A DNA stretch of 64,000 nucleotides, from positions 141,422,001 through 141,486,000 of the forward strand of contig NC_059427.1 in the NCBI RefSeq assembly GCF_021028975.2, written 5' to 3'. The position numbers and the translations under genes are program-made. The notes beneath the pieces were generated by a model that saw only the letters and a program-made list of their open reading frames with translations, did not search any database and was not told where the DNA came from. Of the stretch, positions 12,721-23,790 are shown in pieces; position 1 is the stretch's first letter, and every line of letters begins with the position of its first letter. This stretch comes from Sphaerodactylus townsendi. Taxonomy: Eukaryota.

Positions 12721-15034
12721 TGACCTCTAATAGGCATAATTCAAGCACACAACATGAGTATAACATATGCAATAAACAAAATTATAAATAACATCCAGTC
12801 ATGATATTCCATATCACAAAAGAAAATGCTCATACAAATATCAAAATACAACATAGATAAAATAACTTGGTCAATTAAAATAATACATATTTCATTTTGG
12901 AAGCTCTTATTTGAAATATTAGAGTTTAATATCTTTACCACAGCTTGCTTTGGGACATTATTGTTTGTTGTATCAGTTGTTAGAGAAAGCAGGAGTGCTT
13001 AGATTTTTCATTTAGATCTTAACTTTGGGCTAATCAGCTCCGTGTAAATGCCACAATCCAGTGTATTGAGACAGGATATTTCTCATTTCTATAATACAGA
13101 AATAACCAACATCTGCATTCTATTAGAGATCTTTTGCACCCGGACTACAGTTCCCAAGTTTCCCTGGGGAGAGGGAATAACTTTTAAACCAGAGTACATA
13201 TCTGATAGAGGTTTTATTTTTAACTGCTTGACTGCTCCAGTGTCCTGTTATTCCTTGATTTTGTAACTCTGCAGCACTGTGCAAAAATGCTGCTGTGCTC
13301 TGTGCAAGATCATGCATTTCCAGGCACCAGAGGGAAAAAGATTTGTATCTCAGGAGGAACGTAAGCAAGCAATTCAGAACTGCAGAGCTCATGTCCTGCA
13401 ATGTTCTGTAGAGTCATTATGTTCTGGGGGTAAAAGGTACAGTCCCTTAAAAATATGGCACTGTTCATCATTCCTTCTGTTCTTGTCTTGCCTGATGAAT
13501 CACACTGTGACCTTGGACAGGTCTCCCATTCCGCTTTCCCAGCCTGGTTATTCCTTGCTTGACACAATAGGGCTGCTTCAGCCTGCCTCATGGGAGAAGG
13601 TGGCGTTCTGTTAATAAATGTTAAGTCCGCTGAGATGTGTCGGCGGGTTCCTTATCGCTGCTTTGGAATCTCCCAGCAAAAATACTATTGTAATAATTAA
13701 CCCCACAAACTATGCAAACTAAACTGGCATGCTGTGTGTGGCAGAAATGTCCCTACTCAGCAAGGCGGTGTAGGCTGCTGTTGCTGGTCTACAGAACTGT
13801 TTAAAATGGGAGACAAGTAAAGGGATTAGCCTTTGTTGCATATAATAATTCCTAAGACAAAGGATCCCTCAAGTTACTGAATCTGATCCCCTGCCTTTAG
13901 GGAACTAGAACTACCCAGATGTACATTTCTATTCTTATATACTAGATGGGAAGCTTAATTTGAGCAGAGATCAGCTTCTGAACAGGCTTGGTCCTGCAGG
14001 CATCTTAAGTAATAAAACAGATAAGAGTGTCTCTGAGCATATGCAGGGTGTTCTCCATGCATTAATGTACAACCATAACTTGTCCTTATCCATACAGAAC
14101 AGGAAACATCAGGGATTAAGACATGCAGAGGCCCAATCTATCCCAACTTTAACAGCCCCAACAGCATTACCAAAAATGGTAATTTACTAAAGTTTTTGGA
14201 TTTAGAGGTTCCTCATATTCTGTGGTCTTAAAGGGTAGCTTACTTAGACTGTGCGTTAATTCAGCTCCGCAAAGAGGGGCATTTAGGTTGGGGGAATGTA
14301 TTGTGTGGAGAACTAAGTCTTGCCACCTTTTCCCTCTTGCTAGAAATTACTTACCAACTCAGCAGCATACAGACACAAACAGCCCCTCTTGTTCAGTCAT
14401 GAGAAACTGAGCTAAGTGTTCTGTTCCTTCTTTCTAGGACCTTGTCTACCAATTCATTTCTCTGTCTTGCTGGAGTTTGTCACAGGAAACAGAATAGTTA
14501 AAGGCTGGTTTCATGCCAGATGCCCCGATGCTGACATAGTTATTAACACCACACAGACTTCCAGCACAGCAAACATGCTGGCTTGCGATAACAATCCCAT
14601 TGCTTAGAGGTGGTGCATCAGTGCCCAGCCAATGTGTAACTGACTCATGGTGGACTGTACAGACTGCGTGGGTTGGTTGCATATTCGCAACACAACCAGA
14701 TGTAAAGCTGACATTTACATTTGCACCCCCTGGACACAGAAGGGCCTTGCTCTCAAAAAAAGACCCCAACAGGACAGCTAAGTTCATCCTATCCCTATAG
14801 CACAGAAAGGGCTTTTTGTTGTTCATGAAATAAATGCAGCCATTTGATGCTGGATGAAGTGATGCTGGATGAAGTGAAAAATCTCGCCTCTAATACCACA
14901 GTGGGTGGCTGAGGGCCAGGGCCAGATGAAGATATGCTGAGGCCTAACCTACTGAACTAAGAGACTCCATAACTTTTTGTGTGTGAGAGTGTTAAGTGGC
15001 AACCCTGTGAATTAGTGACCTCCAAAATGCTTTG

Positions 15035-15245
15035 ACCTGGATAGCCCAAGCTAGCCTGGTCTCAGATCTTGGAAGCTAAGCAAGGTTGCCCCAGGTTAAT
15101 ATCTGGCTGGGAAACCTCTAAGGAAGTCCCAGGTGAGGTTGCAATGCAGAAACAGGCAATGGCAAACCAACTCTGAATGTCTCTTGCCTCTAAAATCTTG
15201 CAGGGCTTCCATAAATTGGCTGCACCAATAGCACTTTTCACCACC
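15035..15245 (+). mobile_element. 5S rRNA-derived SINE with RTE/Sauria-like tail
   Basis: gatcttggaagctaagcaagg...gggaaacc resembles the 5S internal control region. Tail ggcaaacca...tctcttgcc is shared with 33742 and 44563. Confidence 0.7.
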
Positions 15246-15419
15246 GACTCCTAATTGCTGTTGACTTTCCACCACCACCATCACAACATCCTATCATTCA
15301 TAGCCTTGCTCAAGTTTTGCAAACCAAGGACTGTGACTTCCTTGACTGAGGCAGTCTATCTCATGTTGGATCTTTCTCTGTTCCAGCTGCCTTCAACAGT
15401 CCCTAGCATTATTGTCTTT

Positions 15420-15545
15420 GGGGTGCTGTGTAGTTTCCAGGCTGCATGGCCGTGTTCTAGCAGCATTCTCTCCTGACATTTCACCTGCATCTGTGGCTGG
15501 CATCTTCAGGAACCATGATTCCGGCCGTGAAAGCCTTCGACAATA
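15420..15545. mobile_element. Penelope-like fragment with internal inversion and a hammerhead-like core on the minus strand
   Basis: Minus strand reads cctgaagatgccagccacagatgcaggtgaaatgtcagg. Flanked by cattattgtcttt / cattgttgtcttt. Same family as 42207 and 54201. Confidence 0.75.
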
Positions 15546-16004
15546 CATTGTTGTCTTTTCCAGTGGGTTTCATCTTCTCGTATGGTAACAAAAGTATGAT
15601 AGTCTCAGTTTGGTCATTTTAGCTTCTAGGGATTCAGGCTTGATTTATTTGTCTTTTTGCCAGTCCATAGTATCTATAAACGTATCCTCCAACTTCACAT
15701 TTCACGGGAATCTACTTTCTTCCTGTCAGCTTTCTTCATTGTCCAACTTTCACACCCATACAGAGTAATAGGAAGTACTATAGTATGTATTATCTTGATT
15801 TTGTTCGCCAGTGACACATCCTCACATTTAAGGCTCTTTCAACCTCTTTCATGGCTGCCCTTTCCAGTCGGGCAGCCCAATCCAGACTGGGCTGGAGGGC
15901 AGGGATGGTGCTGCTCCGGCACCGCCTCACCCCCTCCAAAGGGCTTTCCTATAGCATGGGAAGCCCAAAAAGTTTTTTTAAAAAACCCTGCCTGAAAATC
16001 TCCC

Positions 16005-16992
16005 TGTGAAGAAATGGCTGCCCTCCCTTCTTCCCTTTTCCAAGCAGGTATCATAGATTTGGAGGACTTAAAAATGCCAGAGGGACATCAGGAAGAGCTA
16101 ACTGACCTAGGGGGAAAAGGTAACCCAGACTGACCCTGAAAAATTGGTGGGGGCTGGGAACTGATAAAACTTCTGGGAACAGAGGGGTGAGGTCTTTTTT
16201 TTTCTGCTGGGCCACTGAAGAGAGCAGAGCTCTTGCCTGGGCTCTGGAGAGAACAGCCATTTTTAGACCATGTGTTCGCCCAGTGAAGTGATTCAGCCTT
16301 CCAGGAAGTGGGAACTCTGTGAGGATTGTAACCTTCTAAGCTTAAGAGCCTACCCTATTAACAACTGTTATGGTATGTATAGAATTAAGGGATAGAGGAA
16401 TTGTGTTTATATCTCATTTGTTTTGGAAACCCTTGCTCAATCTGGTGCAGTGCTAAAACATACTTGTAACATACTGGTGGGATTCAGCAGGTTTGCACCA
16501 CTTTGGCAGAACCGGTTGCTAAAATGCCTCTTGTAAACAACTGCTTGTTAAATTATTTAAATCCTGCCACCAGAACCGGTTGTTAAATTATTTGAATCCC
16601 ACCACTGCTTGTAACCATTCTATTTTTAATAAATACTTTTGAACCTTAGATGTTGGGAACAGTTCTCTATATCACCTATGCCTCTGCCATTGTGGATGCA
16701 CTATCAGAATAGGAGGGCACCAGGAGGAAGGCTGGCAGTTGGCAAGCAGCTACTGCTACGGGGCCTCTAGTCTTCTCTGTGGAACCCAGGAGAGGGGAAA
16801 CAGAGGCTAGGTCTCAGAGTTGCAAAGGAGAGCCCTGATCCTCCCCAGTGGGCAGTTTCTCAAATGGTCAGGTGGTGGCAGCGGTTTACCCAGCGAGAGA
16901 AAGCAAGCCCTTTCCAGGAAAAGGTGGCAACCCCTGGTAGAGGCTTGGGGTGGAAGAAGGCCTGCTGGGCAAAGCAAGCCCGTTCCACCACA
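16005..16992 (+). mobile_element. Probable solo LTR
   Basis: TGTG...CACA ends, imperfect 5-bp TSD ctccc / ccccc, AATAAA near 16628. Interrupts another repeat. Confidence 0.6.
16471..16607. mobile_element. hAT MITE nested in the LTR
   Basis: tggtgggattca / tgaatcccaccactg termini. TSD cttgtaac (16463-16470, 16608-16615). Confidence 0.85.
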
Positions 16993-17303
16993 CCCCCATA
17001 GGGGAAAGCAGAGATTAGCTGCGGAAACCATGGCATATCTTTGAGCCTTGGCCCACTAGCCTAAAGGTGCTAAATGGGGGGAGGGGCGTGGAAGCCAACT
17101 AAGGTTGGTTCCACCCCCAGGAACACCTCTGCTATGCTAGGGCAGTATAAGAGTGCCAATGGAGAGCTGGGTGCCGCAGCCGGGTGACTCAGGGCCGCAC
17201 AGTGGCCAGGCCCCAACAGATCTGCCTCTCTGCTGGGGTAAGTATCCCAGTGAGGGCAAATCCACTGGTGTAAGCCTGTACCACCTCCAGAGGGGGACTC
17301 AGC

Positions 17304-17404
17304 CAGTGGTGAGATTCAGCAGGTTCGCACCACTTCAGCAGAACTGGTTGTTAAAACGGTGCTTGTAAACAACCAGTTGTTAAATAATTTTAATCCCACC
17401 ACTA
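17304..17404. mobile_element. hAT MITE, same family as 16471
   Basis: cagtggtgagatt / aatcccaccacta termini. TSD gactcagc / gattcagc (7 of 8 match). Confidence 0.8.
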
Positions 17405-18339
17405 GATTCAGCCCCCCTTCTGCATTGTGCTGTCAATCTCCTTTTGGTTGATGATGGAGCCAAGGAACAGAAAATCTTGAACCATTTCAGTTTTCTCATA
17501 GTTAACCTTAAAAGTTGAATAATTCCCCAGTAGTCGTTGCTTTTGTCTTCTTGATGTTCAGCTGTGATCCTGCTTTGACACTTTTTAACCCTCATCAATA
17601 GTCACTTCAAGTCTTCACTATTCTCTGCCAGTAATGTAGAGTCATCTGCATATCTCAAATTGTTACTGATCCTTCCACCAATTTTATTCCGCCTTCATCT
17701 AAATGTAATCCAATTTTCAGTATATATAGATTGAACAGACAGGGAGATAAAATGCAGTCTGAACCCTTTGTCAATTGGAAACCATTCTGCTTTTCTGTAT
17801 TCTGTCCTAACAGTAGCCTCTTGTCCAGAGTATAGGTTGCACATCGAAACAGTCAGATATGGCACACCCATTTCTTTTAATATTTCATGACCCACACAGT
17901 CAAAAGTTCTGCTGTAATTTATGAAACAAAAACCTTTTTTTCCTGAAATTCTCCATAGCTTTTCCACCCCAAAAGCTAATTTTGTAATTGTTTTAAATTT
18001 AGAGGCCCTGTCATAATCTGAGGTGCTAAACTGCTGCTTATTTATCTTGTGCATGAATTCAGCCCTGCTGATCTGACTCTCTTTCCAGTGATTTGTATGA
18101 AACCAAGGAATGCCCTTAATGGAAATATCAGGTCAATCTACTTGCTTGTAATATATTCATTGACTTTATTTATGCTCCACATTTCACTCCAGTCTGGACT
18201 CAGAGCAGTTTACATTGTTCTCCTATCCTCTGTTGTAGCCTCACAACAACCCACTGAGTTAGGTTATATTGAGAGTGTATACAGGGCTCCAGGCCACCCA
18301 ACAAGTTTCCATGGCAGAATAGGGAATCATACCAGGGTT

Positions 18340-18631
18340 GGAGCCAGCGTGGTGTAGTGGTTAAGAGCAGGTGCACTCTAATCTGGAGAACCAGGTTTGA
18401 TTCCCCGCTCTGTCACTCGAGCTGTGGAAGCTTATCTGGTGAACTAGATTAGCTTATGCACTCCAACACATGCCAGCTGGGTGACCTTGGGCTAGTCACA
18501 GCTCTCTCATCCCCATCCACCTCACAGGATATTTGTTGTGGGGGGGGGGGGGAAGGGAAAGGAGATTGTAAGCCCCTTTGAGTCTCCTTACAGAAGAGAA
18601 AGAGGGGATATAAATCCAATTCTTCTTCTTC
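18340..18631 (+). mobile_element. tRNA-derived SINE (Squam3-like), full length
   Basis: Head tggtgtagtggttaagagc...ggtttgattccc, shared body, (CTT)n tail. Confidence 0.9.
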
Positions 18632-18659
18632 CTTATCCTATACCCTTTTTAGAATAAAG

Positions 18660-18837
18660 ATGACAGGAGATTTGTGAATTCATCCACCATTTCCTGGACT
18701 GTCCTTGTTGTAGAATGCTTTGCTTGGGTCCTAGTGCCCTTGCGGACAGAACTAGGCAAGCACTAGGACTCAAGCAGCGCATTCTACAACAAAGACAGTC
18801 CAGGAAATGGTGGATGAATTCACAAATCTCCTGTCAT
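18660..18837. repeat. Long inverted repeat, 178 bp
   Basis: 18660-18736 is the reverse complement of 18761-18837 with four differences. An inner cttgc/gcaag stem closes a 12-nt loop. Confidence 0.95.
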
Positions 18838-20471
18838 GACATATCCTAAAAAGGGAATAATCTACTCTAACCCCACTGGCTCAAGATCATGAAGCAGCAA
18901 CTTAGTTTCAGAGAATGCAAGTGTGACTTGGGAGAACTCCTGTACTCTGTAAGATATATATGAAATAAATAGTAAAGGTTCTTGTGAAATTCCTTCCAAT
19001 AAGGTAATTCTTCTGTCACTGCACTGGAAATGAGTGAATGATCCAATCAGACACAGAGACACACCAGAATCATCTTCACTGGAAGGAGGTTACCTGTTGG
19101 GTCTCTGTATGAATACTTGATCTGGACATTTAAAAAAATGTAAGAGTATTGTACATGTAACAGTATCATGCTTCTGATTTTAATTCAGAAAAATAATGTG
19201 TCCAGTATCAGAATCTTGGGAGTCGTGCCCTAAAATAACCTCCTGCCACTTCAGGGCTGTCTGAACAATAGCCTCCCATCCCATTCCCTGAAAGATAGTT
19301 CTTCCATGGCCCTAAGTACTGTAGTCAACGCTGGCTGCAATATGGATGTCATTTTATGCTTTTGCCCTGCTGTACAAGAAGGCATTCTTACAGACCACAA
19401 ACACATTTATTACCCCCCCCCATCCCATTTTGTTAAATGGGACAATTCCTGGTAAGTATGTCATGACGTAAGACAAACTGAACCAATGGGATTTACTCCT
19501 TGAGTTGCAGATTTAGTGTCATTTGGATGCTAGCTGTACTGCATTCATCATTAACTGTAATGGTAGACTCACACAGCACAGCCCCGTGCTGTTCCCTTTA
19601 TGTCATGCTTGCCGTACAGCCCACATAGCTCTGCGACTGAAACAAAAACCTATCAGACCAGACTACACATTTAGTTTGGCTTGGCTGGCTAAAAAGTCTA
19701 AACAGCTATTAATGTTTGGGTTTAGGTCCTCGTCATTCTAACCCGAAGACACATGAGGTGAGGGTTGACGATGCCACTCTGAATACCGTATTACTGGTAT
19801 TAAACTTATTATATTTCCACATGCCCCTAGGAAGTGTGGAATCTGTGGATGGATATATTGTCTTGCAATCATATGGCTTTGAAGAGATGGACAATTCACC
19901 AGCCACCCAGTTAAAAATATATGTACACATTAAATTTTTATCTGTTTTCTGTTATTTCATTCATTTACAGTCTGCCTTTTTCACTGAGATGCAAGACAGA
20001 TTACACAATTAAAAACAATGTGATGGGAACAATATACAACAAATATCTCTTACCTTTTACCTCTTCCTATATGTGCAGGCAGCATTATTATCTTTTCCTC
20101 CATGTCCTCATTCAACCTTATTTAATAGCCCACTTGCAGTCTTGCTGGAATTCAAGGGCTCATTCAATCTAAAACTATGTAGTTTTCAAGATCCTACAGA
20201 CTTCTTCCACAATGAAGGACAATGACAAGAGAGCCCCAGTACAAGTGCTGCTAGGGCTACGCTATCCACCCTTAATTATTATCCCTTCTTACGCTGTACA
20301 TTCCCTGATAAGACATGATTTTATGTTTCCTGTTTGACCCATCTATCCACGGTGCATTCTTTTTCACTGGTTATTGTTTTCTAATTGGGCTCTTTTTGCA
20401 ATGTCTCCATTTCTACCTTTCTGTGGCTTTTACCTTCAAGTGTAAACAAATTTCCTGTGGATGCTTGCTCC

Positions 20472-20575
20472 TACACATCTGATGAAGTGAGATCAGACTC
20501 ACAGAAGCTTATGCTGAGATATTGTTAACTTTTAAGCCATCACTGCAACAGACTAACATGGTCACCTTTCTGCAA
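20472..20575 (+). mobile_element. Penelope-like (Neptune-type) terminal fragment with degenerate hammerhead core
   Basis: ctgatga-a-gtgag-atcaga-ctcac-agaagcttatg, followed by acagactaacatgg. Confidence 0.6.
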
Positions 20576-20984
20576 CTACTCTTTATAACTCAGGGCATAT
20601 TGAAGACATTTTCAGATATTGAAAAGCTTTCCAAAACTGGGGAATTTCCATTTTCCTTATTTTCCTTTCAAGTACAAGGAGATTCCTCCAAGAACTGATC
20701 TTTTTGAGGAATCCCTAATTTCCCCAGGAACCTGCCTAGAGTAATATAAATAAATATTCTAATTCATTGTTGCTCTTGCTTTTATCTTCCCACTTCCCTT
20801 TGTTGTCCTGGGCTGGGACACAATTTAATTGGAAACTCTTGGGGCAGAGAACTGCATGTGCTATTCAGCAAAGAGTCATGTACATCAATAGTTCTGTCTA
20901 GAATGCTGGGATTTCTGGAAGACATGAGGTCTCGTTCAGACTGCACTCACTGAAACGGGCAAATAGTTTGTTGTGTAGAGCAAG

Positions 20985-21115
20985 CAGAGGTGTTCAACTC
21001 TGGCCCTCCAGATGTTCATGGACTACAATTCCCATCAGCCAATTGGCCATGCTAGCAGGGGCTGATGGGAATTGTAGTCCATGAACATCTGGAGCACCAG
21101 AGTTGGACACCCCTG
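20985..21115. mobile_element. Palindromic hAT MITE (ggactacaattcccatcagc family)
   Basis: The whole element is a fold-back. Same family as 30987, 33537, 44487, 53888 and 61826. Confidence 0.85.
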
Positions 21116-22759
21116 CTGTAGAGTATACTGAGTAACTCTGGCCTTCTCAATTCTTTTTGAGGACCTTTAATTCAACAGGTGGGCTAGTATGGACTTATTT
21201 TGACCCGCTAGCTCTGATAAAATCCAGGATCAGTGATAGCAAGCGTGCCATTCCAGCAGAAGAGTCAGCCTCCCCACACCCCCGGTTTTTCTTTTAAGTC
21301 TCCTACTTTTTCTTTTTCCTCTTACTGTATCCCCCACCTTTTCTGTATTATTCCTTTTTTATATATGGAAAAATAAAAATTATTTTTTTAAAAAAAGAGT
21401 TTTGTCTTGAATCCTCAACACTGCTATTATCATCATATACATTTATTAATATGGGAGAGTCAGAAAATTGGTTACAAAGTGGCCCCAGCCAGATTAAAGA
21501 AGAGGAAAGGTTTGGAGAAGGAAGCTGTTTCTGCAAAGAAAACTTTGTCCAAGGCAAAGTTTCTTTCTCTCCAGACTTATCTTTGGAGAAGGAGTTAAAA
21601 TATAGCCACACATTTTGCAAAGATGTAGCCATGGAAGCAGGAAGCATCAGGAGAGGGAAATGCTGTGGTCTCCATGTGATGTAATTTTTGATACATTTGC
21701 AAGCTTCATTGTTTTTCTTTCTTTTCAATCGCAGATACAAAGGGGATATCTTATCTCCACAGCCACTAAATATGATGCAATGGAACCTTCAGCAGCAAGA
21801 GGAACCAGCATCAAATAATTAATTCATTAACAACCCCTTCCCCAGCTTTCTTGCCCAGGGAGAATCAATTCAGGAGGACTCCAGGGAAACCAAGACCTCT
21901 TGCACCTGGGAAAATTACTCCCTGAACAGAACTTTAACAAGCCACTTTGTTAAGGCAACATGTCAGTATTAATCCACAGCCGATTAGCACGGTAAGGGAT
22001 TCTGAGCATACACCCCCCCCCGCCTCCCGCAACAGGACTGGGATGTGATTGCAGTGGAGGAACCATTGAGACAGGCCTTTCAACTATAGCCATCCCTGTA
22101 GCAACAGGTTCTTCCCCGGTGCCCCAGTGTGGCTCACTTCTAATTAATCATTTAGCCTGTCCCTTAGAGGATAATACTAAGTTACAGGCCTGCTTTTCCT
22201 TTCTCCCACACTGTCAAACCAAGGGAGTGGCAAGTCCAGCAAGATTCAGGGCTGCTCCTCCTGTTACCATCCCCATGGCAGCCAAGGGCAACTTGTGAAT
22301 TAACCCTTCCCTTCCCTCCATTTGTTTGCTACCAGCAAACCTGCGAGGGTGGGAGAAATAGTCGATCTGCAGCCTGACAAGGTGTCCTTTTCTTGGTAGC
22401 AGACAGGCTGGTGAACGGCTGGGTAGCGTGATAGTGTGTCCACCAAAGGGGTCTCAAGGTATCTGAGTCTGATAGCAGCCAGCTGGCACTTGGGCCTCCT
22501 TGAAGGACAAGGAGAGTTCTGCGATCAACAGGTGGCCACTGCAATTTGTAGGTTTTCCCCCGTAAGCCATAATTATCAGATGAAAACTAGGAATGCAAGA
22601 CTCGGGATCCGGGTGCGGGGCTGGAGGAGATTCTCGAGGCCAAGCTCTGCATTGTGAAGATCAGGCATCTGAACTAAGATAAGTCCGCCGGCTGGCCCAA
22701 GAAATCGCTGTAAGGAGTAGTAAGGCAGCAGGCAATCGTTCGTGCAAGCCAAAGGAATC

Positions 22760-23790
22760 CATGCCCTCCGATGGGGAGGGGCTGCACTACCGGGCCAGGT
22801 TGGTCTCCTTCTCCCCCAACCCTGCATCTAGTAGGTGCCCTCGCCCCGGCTCTGTTGCCAGGCGGCCCCGCTGCCTACTAGAATCACAGCTCCTCTCTTT
22901 CCTCTTCTCTCCCCCCGCCCTCCACGACTGCCCCCGCAACCCGGCGCAACAGGCTGGGGGAGCACCCAAAAGGGGTCCGTGTGCCTTTAAGGCCTCCTGC
23001 TCGGCGATCCCGGCTCGGAGCGCGGCTTGCCTTGTGGATCCGGGCTAGAGGGCGGTCACTTTGGACACACCGCGGGGAGGGGAAGGAGGGGACGGGCCCG
23101 GAGCGAGCGAGCGGGCGGGCGGGCGGCAATGGAGAGGAGGCGGCGGCGGCGGCGAAGGTGGCGAGGGGGGGCCGCGCCGTAAACACAAGAGTCGCGGGAC
23201 CGGGGTGGGGGGAGGGGGAGCCTCTTTCCAGCCGGAGAGGAGGGCCCGGCAGGACCAGGAGTCGGCCCAGCCGCTGAGAGGTAAAGGGGGGGGGGCTGTC
23301 TGTGCAGTTGGGGAAGCTGCAAAGGAGCAGGGAGCAGGAGGAGCGCGCAAAGTGCGGGAGAGGTCGCGGGGGGGGGGGTATGCATTCCGCTGGGGACGGT
23401 GGCTGGGATAGCCGGTCAGGGCGGGGGGCACTGCGAGGTTGGTCCCGGGAGCCGCCGGTTCCATCCAGGCCGGGCCTGTGGCAGCAGAGGCGGCTCTCCC
23501 GAGGAATGAGAAAAGCCCGGCGGGACTCAGGGGTGGGGGGCTGTGCTGCGGTTAGGCCGTCCCCGCGTTGCCTTCGGGGGATCAGAGCTTAGCCCAAACG
23601 TGCCTGTTTGGCGCGCCTGGAAGGCCGAGGGGAGCGGCGGGTTGCAGGGAATCTGGGCGGGTAGGTGGGTGTCCGGACAGGGCAGCTCGCTGAGAAGCGC
23701 CAGAGGCTCCCACTGATTGCTGCGGGGTAGGGGCGGACGCACCTGCACCGCCGGGCAGCGCGGGGATCCTTGGGTGCCGGTGCAGAGGGC
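22760..23790. promoter_or_regulatory. CpG island, likely ADCY6 promoter
   Basis: The only extended GC- and CpG-dense non-repeat stretch. Contains GC boxes and (GGC)n and (GGGC)n runs, about 5.5 kb upstream of the ATG exon. Edges approximate. Confidence 0.85.
23050..23280 (+). other. ADCY6: Putative non-coding first exon of ADCY6
   Basis: The ATG exon starts 1 nt after a splice acceptor, so an upstream exon must exist. Donor-like GAG|gtaaag lies at 23281 inside the island. The 5' end is a guess. Confidence 0.55.

Larger units (their letters stand above)
15280..17960 (-). mobile_element. RTE/BovB-like LINE relic, split by nested insertions (pieces about 15280-15870 and 17415-17960)
   Basis: Minus translation gives ...FDCVGHEIL..MGVP...NLYSGQEATVRTE...EWFPIDKG, and a YADD motif (gtcatctgcata at 17641). 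The sequence resumes across the insert. Confidence 0.8.

Noticed and set aside
14845-14877. 15-bp tandem duplication containing CTGGATGA/TGATG motifs
   Set aside because: Simple slippage duplication, with no ribozyme or snoRNA architecture around it.
18340-18410. tRNA-like heads as tRNA genes
   Set aside because: They continue into SINE bodies and tails, and no complete cloverleaf is present.
1-22700. Exons of CACNB3, the usual upstream neighbour of ADCY6
   Set aside because: No SH3 or guanylate-kinase-like peptide was recognised on either strand in this interval.
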